From Pseudomonadota bacterium (GTDB lineage Archaea > Thermoplasmatota > SW-10-69-26 > JACQPN01 > JAJPHT01): a stretch of 64,000 bases of DNA. The notes below the pieces were generated by a model. It did no database searches and was not told where the DNA came from. It saw nothing but the letters and a program-made list of their open reading frames with translations. Each line of letters begins with the position of its first letter. Position 1 is the stretch's first letter. The position numbers and the translations under genes were made by a program. Shown in pieces: positions 58,135 to 64,000 of the stretch. Where the stretch lies: contig JAJPHT010000036.1 in assembly GCA_021325135.1 (NCBI GenBank), positions 64,001 to 128,000 of the forward strand, written 5' to 3'.

Positions 58135-58276
58135 GCGGAGCCAGAGGCGCGGGAGGGCATGGGGCGTGCCTTCGGAGTTTCCTGGGGGCTCCGGACCGGC
58201 CCGGAGATTCCGGCCGAAGCCCTTGAGCCCCCGGACGCGGATGCCCCTTCCGGCGCTCCGCTCCCCCGAAGCCTCC

Positions 58277-58651
58277 TCAGGCGGCGCGCCCTTTTCTTCT
58301 CCACCGGGCCCCGAGGCCGACGATGGCCGCGAGCGCGGCCGTCCCCGCCAGCGCCCCGAGGGCGAGCCACGGGCCGCTGGTCGCCTCGGTCCAGCCCAGC
58401 GCGGCGCCCGCCAGCCACGCGACGAGGGCGCCCCCCGTGGCGGCCGCGGCGACGAGGGCGCCCCGGGCCAGCGCGGCGCCCAGGCCGATCTGCCCGCGGG
58501 AGGCCGCGAGGGCGAGAAGCGCGAGGAGAGCGAGCAAAGCGCCTGCGGCGAGGCGCAGCATGGCCGAGGGCTGGAGCGCGCGCTCCGCGGCCGCCGCCAG
58601 GGCGGCGATCCCCACGAGGGCCGCGCCGGCCATCCACGCGGGCGGGCGCAT
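58277..58651 (-). CDS. Small four-TM membrane protein in the MoxR operon
   Basis: MRPPAWMAGAALVG..; overlaps the DUF58 stop. Confidence 0.65.
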   Translation of the reverse strand: MRPPAWMAGAALVGIAALAAAAERALQPSAMLRLAAGALLALLALLALAASRGQIGLGAALARGALVAAAATGGALVAWLAGAALGWTEATSGPWLALGALAGTAALAAIVGLGARWRRKGRAA

Positions 58652-59871
58652 CACGCTTCCCCCCGCGCGAGGGCCAGCGCCAGGCGCTCCGAGAGGCGCC
58701 AGTCGACGACCCTCACGCCGTGGGCCCGCAGCGCGGAGAGCGTCCGCTCGCGCTGGGCCCGCGCCTCCTCGGTGGGCTCGCCCGCCAGCGCGAGGAACGC
58801 GGGCCCGTCCAGCGCGAGCACGACCACGTCCAGCTCCAGCGCGCGCAGCGCCGCGACCGCGTCGGCCACGGTGGGGTCGTCCAGCAGGGGGGAGAGCACG
58901 AGGGCGGGCGCGCGGCGGCGCAGGCGAGGCAACGCGGCGTCGACGGCCTCGCGCAGCGTGGCGCCGCCCGCGGGCTCGCGCGCGAGGAGGCTCGCCAGCA
59001 CGCCCGCGAGGGCGGCGTCTCCGGGCGCGGCGCGCAGCGTCTCGACGCCCTCGCCGTAGCGCACGACGACGGGCCGGTCGCGGCGCCTCGCCAGGAGCGC
59101 GGCGAGGGAGGCCAACGCGCGCAGCTCGTCGGCCCACGCGTGGTTGCCCACGGTGCCCACCCGGGAGAGGCCGCGCGCGTCGAGGAAGACCGTCGCCTCG
59201 GCCTGGCTCTCCATCTCGCGCTGGCTCACGATGAGCTTGCGCCCCGTGCGGGCCGAGGCGCGCCAGTTCACGTCGCGCAGCGTGTCGCCGGGCTGGTAGT
59301 CGCGCAGCGCGAAGAAGTCCGACCCTCCGCCCGCCTGGCCCACGAGGTGGATGCCCGAGGCGGGAAGAAAGCGACGCGAGGCGGCGAGGGAGCCCCGGAG
59401 GTCCTCGACGCGCGGAAGGGCGACGATCTCGCCTGGAGCCTCGATGACGTGCGTCCGCTCCACGAGCCCCAGGGGGTCGGAGACGCGCGCCGTGAGGCCG
59501 CGGAAGACGAAGCGCCCGGGGACGCGGGCGACGACGGCGAAGGCCAGGCCCACGCGGGCGCCCTGGCCGATGAGGTCGCCCTCGGCCGCTTCGAGCCCGG
59601 GAGGGAGCGCGTCCTCGACCTCGATGCGCGCGCCCTCCAGCGACTCGACGCCCACCTCCACCTGGACGGGCTCGCCCTCGCGCGCGATGGAGGCACCCAC
59701 GCGTCGCGCGGCCCGGGCGCGCGGCGCGCGCGTCGCGAGGAGCGCCCACGCCAGTGCCGCGAGGAGGGACGCGCCCAGGGCCGCCGCCAGGAGCGAGCCC
59801 ACCGCGAGGCCAAGTCCCACCGCCGCCGCGCCGGCCACGAGCGCCGCGCGCCCCTGGGGCGTGAGGCTCAT
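58651..59871 (-). CDS. DUF58 (vWA-like) protein
   Basis: SDPLGL, DFFALRDYQPGDTLRDVNWRASAR, VFLDA. Confidence 0.9.
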   Translation of the reverse strand: MSLTPQGRAALVAGAAAVGLGLAVGSLLAAALGASLLAALAWALLATRAPRARAARRVGASIAREGEPVQVEVGVESLEGARIEVEDALPPGLEAAEGDLIGQGARVGLAFAVVARVPGRFVFRGLTARVSDPLGLVERTHVIEAPGEIVALPRVEDLRGSLAASRRFLPASGIHLVGQAGGGSDFFALRDYQPGDTLRDVNWRASARTGRKLIVSQREMESQAEATVFLDARGLSRVGTVGNHAWADELRALASLAALLARRRDRPVVVRYGEGVETLRAAPGDAALAGVLASLLAREPAGGATLREAVDAALPRLRRRAPALVLSPLLDDPTVADAVAALRALELDVVVLALDGPAFLALAGEPTEEARAQRERTLSALRAHGVRVVDWRLSERLALALARGEA

Positions 59872-60731
59872 CGCACGTCCTCCCGGCGCACGGGCGCGTC
59901 AAGGCCGCGGCGCTCCGCCCGCCCCTCTTCGCGGGCGAGCCCCAGGGCGGCGCAGAGCCCCGAGGCCGCGAGGGCCAGCGCGACCGGGGCGCCAAGCTGC
60001 GGCGTCGCGGCCGCGTCCTGCAGGGAGCCGGGAATCGCGGCGGGCCAAGGCGCGTCGTGCGCGGCGTCCAGCGCGACGCGGGTCCCCGGCGGGAACGCCT
60101 GCGCGAGCCAGCGCTGCGCCTCCGCCGCGCCCGCGGGGTCGCGCAGCGCATCGGGCGAGAGCCACCCGGCGGAGCCCACGACGAGGACGCGCCCGTCGGG
60201 CGACCACGTCGCGAGGGCGAAGGGCCCCGGCGCGTCGGCCGCGGTGGCGCGCCCGTCACCGTCCACGTCCACGAAAGAGCCGTTGGCGCTCCACGCCGCG
60301 ACTCGGGCGCCGGGGCGCGGGTCGAGCACGGCGTGGGCGTCGGGGAAGCTCGCGTTGCCTGCGAGCAGGATGGGCGCCGACGCGACGCCGCTGCCCAGGC
60401 GCGCGGCGGCGTCGGGATCGCCCAGCACGACGACGCGGCCGCCCCGCGCCGCGAACGAGGCGAGGGCGTCCAGCTCCGCGGGTGCCAGGGGCGCGCCGCC
60501 CTTGGCGAGGACCAGGCCGCGCCCCTGCGCGGGAGCGTCGGAGAGGGCGGCCTCCCCCAGCGCGAGCCGCGACGTGATATCACCGTTGGCCTTGAGCATC
60601 GCCTCGGCGGGAGCCCAATCGGGGCCGCCCCCGCGGCGCTGCGAGACGCGCTGCGCGGCGTCGGCCGCGACAAGGCCCGCCGCCAGCGCGAGCGCCAGCA
60701 GCGCGGCGAGGCGCCACGCGCGCGGGCTCAC
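59868..60731 (-). CDS. DUF4350-like membrane protein
   Basis: N- and C-terminal TMs; FAARGGRVVVLGD, SFVDVDGDG, GRVLVVGS; typical operon position. Confidence 0.55.
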   Translation of the reverse strand: MSPRAWRLAALLALALAAGLVAADAAQRVSQRRGGGPDWAPAEAMLKANGDITSRLALGEAALSDAPAQGRGLVLAKGGAPLAPAELDALASFAARGGRVVVLGDPDAAARLGSGVASAPILLAGNASFPDAHAVLDPRPGARVAAWSANGSFVDVDGDGRATAADAPGPFALATWSPDGRVLVVGSAGWLSPDALRDPAGAAEAQRWLAQAFPPGTRVALDAAHDAPWPAAIPGSLQDAAATPQLGAPVALALAASGLCAALGLAREEGRAERRGLDAPVRREDVR

Positions 60732-63700
60732 GGGAGCGCCTCCCGGAGGCGCGCCAGCGCGGCGGCGACGCGCGCCGCGTCCCGCGCGTCGGGCCCGCGC
60801 TGCGCGTAGCGCGCCAGCTCGAAGGCGTCCACCACGACGTCCACGTCGGCCTCAGGCAGCCCCAGCGCTTCGCGCAGCGCCGCGCGCACGTCGCCGGGCG
60901 TGGCGCTGCGCGGCACGACGTGGCCGCCCCGCGCGAGCGCGGCGAGGAGGTGGCGGTACGCGAGGACGGCCGCGGCGCCGTGCTCGTCGGACGCCTCGAA
61001 GGCGGCCTCCGCCTCGGCGAGGGCCTGCGCGACCTCGCGGCGCTCGCGGCGGGGCAGGCGCCGCGCGGCCGCGAGCCCCAGGACCAGGAGCGCGGCAAGA
61101 GCGACGGCCGCGCCCGCGATCCACGGCGCGACGGACGCGGGGGCGAAGGGGGCGGGCGCCAGGGTCGCGACCGCGCTGGCGGGCAGCAGGTCGGGCGCGC
61201 CCACCACCTCCGCGACGACGCGCGAGCCGGGCGGGAGGCGCGCCTCGACGACGCCCGCGGCGTCGGTGCGCGCGACCAGCGGGAACGGCTGCCCGTCCAG
61301 GCGAAGCAGCAGCGGCGCGTCCGCGGCGGGGCGCCCGGCGCCGTCGAGCACCTCGACGCGGAGCCGGCCGCCCAGCGCGTCGAGGCGCAGCGTGGGGCGC
61401 TCGCGGACGCGCGTCGGCGCGGCGGACTCCGAGGGGAGGTCGCCCCCGTTGCCCGCGAAGGACGCCCGGAGCGTCGTGGGGCCCAGCGGCGCGTCCTGGG
61501 GGATCGTCGCGTCGAGGCGCGCGACCCCGTCGGGCCCCGTCGCGACGTGTCCCAGCGTCCGGTTCCCCAGCGACCACGAGATCGTCTCTCCGGCGAGCGG
61601 CCCCAGGGCGTCGTCCAGCGCAGCGGAGAGCGTGACGTGCGAGCCGGGGGCGAGGTCCTCGGGCGGGGCCGGGATGGCGAGGCGCGAGGGCTGGAGCACG
61701 AGCACGCCGAGGTCCTGGTCCAGGGGCGCCACGCCGTGGCCGCCCGGCGCGCGGGCGTGGAAGGAGAGCGCCCTCACGCGGGCGGTCGCGTTGCCCAGCG
61801 CGAGGCGGAAGGCGCCCGTCTCGTCCACGCCCACGGGCTGGCCGTCGAGGCTCAGCGAGGAGAGGGGCGCGGGGCCCCCGGCGTCGAGGGTCGCATGGCC
61901 GGTGAGCCACGGCGCGCCCGCCACGAGGGCCGCGGGGTCGGCCTCCACGCGCAGCGCGGCGAGGACGGTGAGGTTGCCCGTCGCGGAGGCGGCCTCGTCG
62001 TCCCCTGCGCCCGCGAAGGCCGCGCGCCACGGCGCAGCGCCCAGGCTGGCGTCCGCGGGCACGGGCACGCGCGCGGCGAAGCGCCCCTCCGCGTCGGTGG
62101 CCGCGGTCGCGTTCTCCACGAGGACCGGTGCGCCCGCGATGGGCGCCCCCGCGGCGTCGAGGAGCGCGCCTTGGAGGAGAGCGTCGTGGCCGCGCACAGC
62201 GGTGGCGTCGTCCAGGAGAAGACGCGCGGGAGCGGCGACCTCCAAATTGATATCAATGTGCGCTGCGTCCGCCAGGGGGGAGGCGTCCACGTCGAGGCTC
62301 AGCGCAACGGGGCCGGGCCGCTGCGCGAGGCTCGCGGGGAGCGCGACGGAGAAGCGCCCCTGCGCGTCGGGGTGCCCCAGGAGGGCCAGCGCGCCCGCGC
62401 GGACGCGCACGACGGCGCCGCCCTCCGCGGACGGGTCGTCCAGCGGGGCGCCCGCGGCGAGGAGCGTGCCGCGCAACGTCGCGGGCTCGCCCAGCCGCAG
62501 CGCGAGGCGCTCGACGCCCAGCGCGGGCGCGGCGCGGACGGTGGCGCCCCGCCCCGTGGCGTTGGCCGCCTCGTGGAGGCCATCGCCCGCGAAGGAGGCG
62601 CGCGGCTGCCGGCCGCCCAGGGGAAAGCCCGCCAGCGGGACCTGGGCGTGATAGCTTCCGTCGGGGCCCGTGAGCGCGGCGCCGCTCCAGGGGCCGAAGG
62701 CGAGGCTCACCGGGGCTCCGGCCAGGGGCGCTCCGCCGGAGGAGAGCGAGCCCGAGAGCGCGAGGCTCCCCGAGGTCAGCGCGGAGGCGTCCTGCGCGGC
62801 CACGGCGAGGACCGTGGGCAGGCGCGGCGAGATCGCGACGGGCGCCTCCGCCGCGCCCAAGGCCCCGTCGCCGCTCCAGCGGAGCGTGCCCGCCAGGGGC
62901 TCGCGGGCGTCGGCGGGCACGGGCACGCGGAACGTGGCGTTGGCGCCGTCCCACTGGGGGGCGAGGCTCGCCCCGCCCACGTCGAGGCGCAGCGCGTCCG
63001 GAAGGAGGGGCGCGTGCAGGTCGCCCGCGCCATCCTCCAGCGTCAGCGCGACGAGGGCCTCCGCGCCGGGCGCCGCGCTGGCGGCCAGCGGGGGGAGCGA
63101 GGCGTTGGCGCGCACGGGGAGGGGCGCGGTGAGCGCGGAGGCTCCTGATAGCACGTCGGAGGAGCGGCGCACGCCGTAGCTCCACACGAGGAGCCGCGCG
63201 CTTCCTCCCGGAGCGGCGAGGTCGGTGCGGGCGCGCCACGAGACGTTGCCGTGCTGGACCGCGCCGAAGAGGACGGCCCCGTCGGGGGGCTGGGTCGACT
63301 GGTCCGGCGCGAGGCGGACGCGCAGCGTGAACGACCCGTCGTCCCGCGTGAACGCGACCCCCGCCGCCAGCGCGGGGTCGGCTGAGGGCTCCGCCTCCGC
63401 GTCGGTCGCGATCCGCGCCAGCACGGGGACCCCGCCCCGGGGGCCGTCCGCGACGAGGTGGCCGCGCGCCTCGGCCTCGCCCCCTTTGACGAGCGCCGAG
63501 GGCGGGGCGTCCAGGACGAGGCGCGCAGGCGCGACGGGGGGTGGCGCCGCCTGGCCTTCGCGCGCCAGAAGCGCGGCGAACGCGGCGCCGCGGTCGTGCA
63601 CGTCCACGGCCCCGTAGTACGGCGTCGGGTCCTCCCCCGTGGTGTCGTTGAGCCCGTCGCGGTCGAGGTCGGAGAGGTCCTGCGCGGTCGCGCGCCGGGT

Positions 63701-64000
63701 GGGATCGAGCCCCAGCCACCAGGGGCCGTCGCTCTCCTCGCTCCAGTTGGCGGGCCGCCCCCAGCGGTACTTCGCGAGCAGGCCGATCCCGTCGCCCGCG
63801 GGGGACTCGCTGGGCGTGTGGTACGCCGTCGCGTCGAGCCCGTAGTGGAGCTTCCACGCGTCGGGCAGGCCGTCGCCCGCGCAGCTCACCTTGTGCGCGC
63901 AGTCCTTGGCGGGGTCCTTGGCGACGTCGAAGTTCCCGAGGAACCGGAGCGAGCCGTCGGCCTGCCTCTCGTGGACGATGCCCAGCGAGAGGAGCCGGTC
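60728..64000 (-). CDS. Large surface protein with Ca-binding-like and Ig-like repeats, TM and C-terminal DUF4129; 5' end lies outside the window
   Basis: Frame open to 64000; DGLPDAW, DLDRDGLND; repeated 'T..DG.F/Y..RASFAGD' modules; AYRHL..SATPGD..FELARYA. Confidence 0.75.
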   Translation of the reverse strand, partial: DRLLSLGIVHERQADGSLRFLGNFDVAKDPAKDCAHKVSCAGDGLPDAWKLHYGLDATAYHTPSESPAGDGIGLLAKYRWGRPANWSEESDGPWWLGLDPTRRATAQDLSDLDRDGLNDTTGEDPTPYYGAVDVHDRGAAFAALLAREGQAAPPPVAPARLVLDAPPSALVKGGEAEARGHLVADGPRGGVPVLARIATDAEAEPSADPALAAGVAFTRDDGSFTLRVRLAPDQSTQPPDGAVLFGAVQHGNVSWRARTDLAAPGGSARLLVWSYGVRRSSDVLSGASALTAPLPVRANASLPPLAASAAPGAEALVALTLEDGAGDLHAPLLPDALRLDVGGASLAPQWDGANATFRVPVPADAREPLAGTLRWSGDGALGAAEAPVAISPRLPTVLAVAAQDASALTSGSLALSGSLSSGGAPLAGAPVSLAFGPWSGAALTGPDGSYHAQVPLAGFPLGGRQPRASFAGDGLHEAANATGRGATVRAAPALGVERLALRLGEPATLRGTLLAAGAPLDDPSAEGGAVVRVRAGALALLGHPDAQGRFSVALPASLAQRPGPVALSLDVDASPLADAAHIDINLEVAAPARLLLDDATAVRGHDALLQGALLDAAGAPIAGAPVLVENATAATDAEGRFAARVPVPADASLGAAPWRAAFAGAGDDEAASATGNLTVLAALRVEADPAALVAGAPWLTGHATLDAGGPAPLSSLSLDGQPVGVDETGAFRLALGNATARVRALSFHARAPGGHGVAPLDQDLGVLVLQPSRLAIPAPPEDLAPGSHVTLSAALDDALGPLAGETISWSLGNRTLGHVATGPDGVARLDATIPQDAPLGPTTLRASFAGNGGDLPSESAAPTRVRERPTLRLDALGGRLRVEVLDGAGRPAADAPLLLRLDGQPFPLVARTDAAGVVEARLPPGSRVVAEVVGAPDLLPASAVATLAPAPFAPASVAPWIAGAAVALAALLVLGLAAARRLPRRERREVAQALAEAEAAFEASDEHGAAAVLAYRHLLAALARGGHVVPRSATPGDVRAALREALGLPEADVDVVVDAFELARYAQRGPDARDAARVAAALARLREALP

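Overview
Very GC-rich window (roughly 73-75% by eye) that is most likely archaeal and Thermoplasmatota-like. Supporting signs: two CCA-less tRNAs, a tRNA-Gln with the archaeal A1-U72 pair, an HU-family protein, a LysW-dependent lysine operon, a haloarchaeal-style CTHFCC Rieske protein and P(A/S)PG-TM-Arg surface anchors. Contents in order: (1) housekeeping and secreted/lipoprotein genes (CPA2 antiporter, amidohydrolase, G1 peptidase, CocE/NonD hydrolase, acs); (2) a stress-type block at about 21-34.5 kb (PfpI, MoaD-like Ubl plus BNR propeller, GH15 opposite GT4-HAD-GT2, YciF, and a LigD-ligase/Ku/LigD-polymerase NHEJ operon); (3) lysW-hcs-lysX-lysY-lysZ-lysJ...lysK interrupted by three genes; (4) a wHTH-V4R-processive GT2 operon; (5) tRNA-Cys, a subtilase and tRNA-Gln; (6) a lower-GC defence island of about 6.4 kb (PIN, restriction endonuclease, C5 methylase, HTH, Vsr, pseudogenes) ending in an eroded copy of the tRNA 3' end; (7) a MoxR-DUF58-DUF4350-DUF4129 operon running off the right edge. 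Non-coding oddities: two copies of a ~100-bp hairpin repeat, a REP-doublet-like element, clustered palindromic boxes upstream of the NHEJ operon, and apparent over-representation of GATATC. All family calls come from motif recognition by eye; no database search was run.
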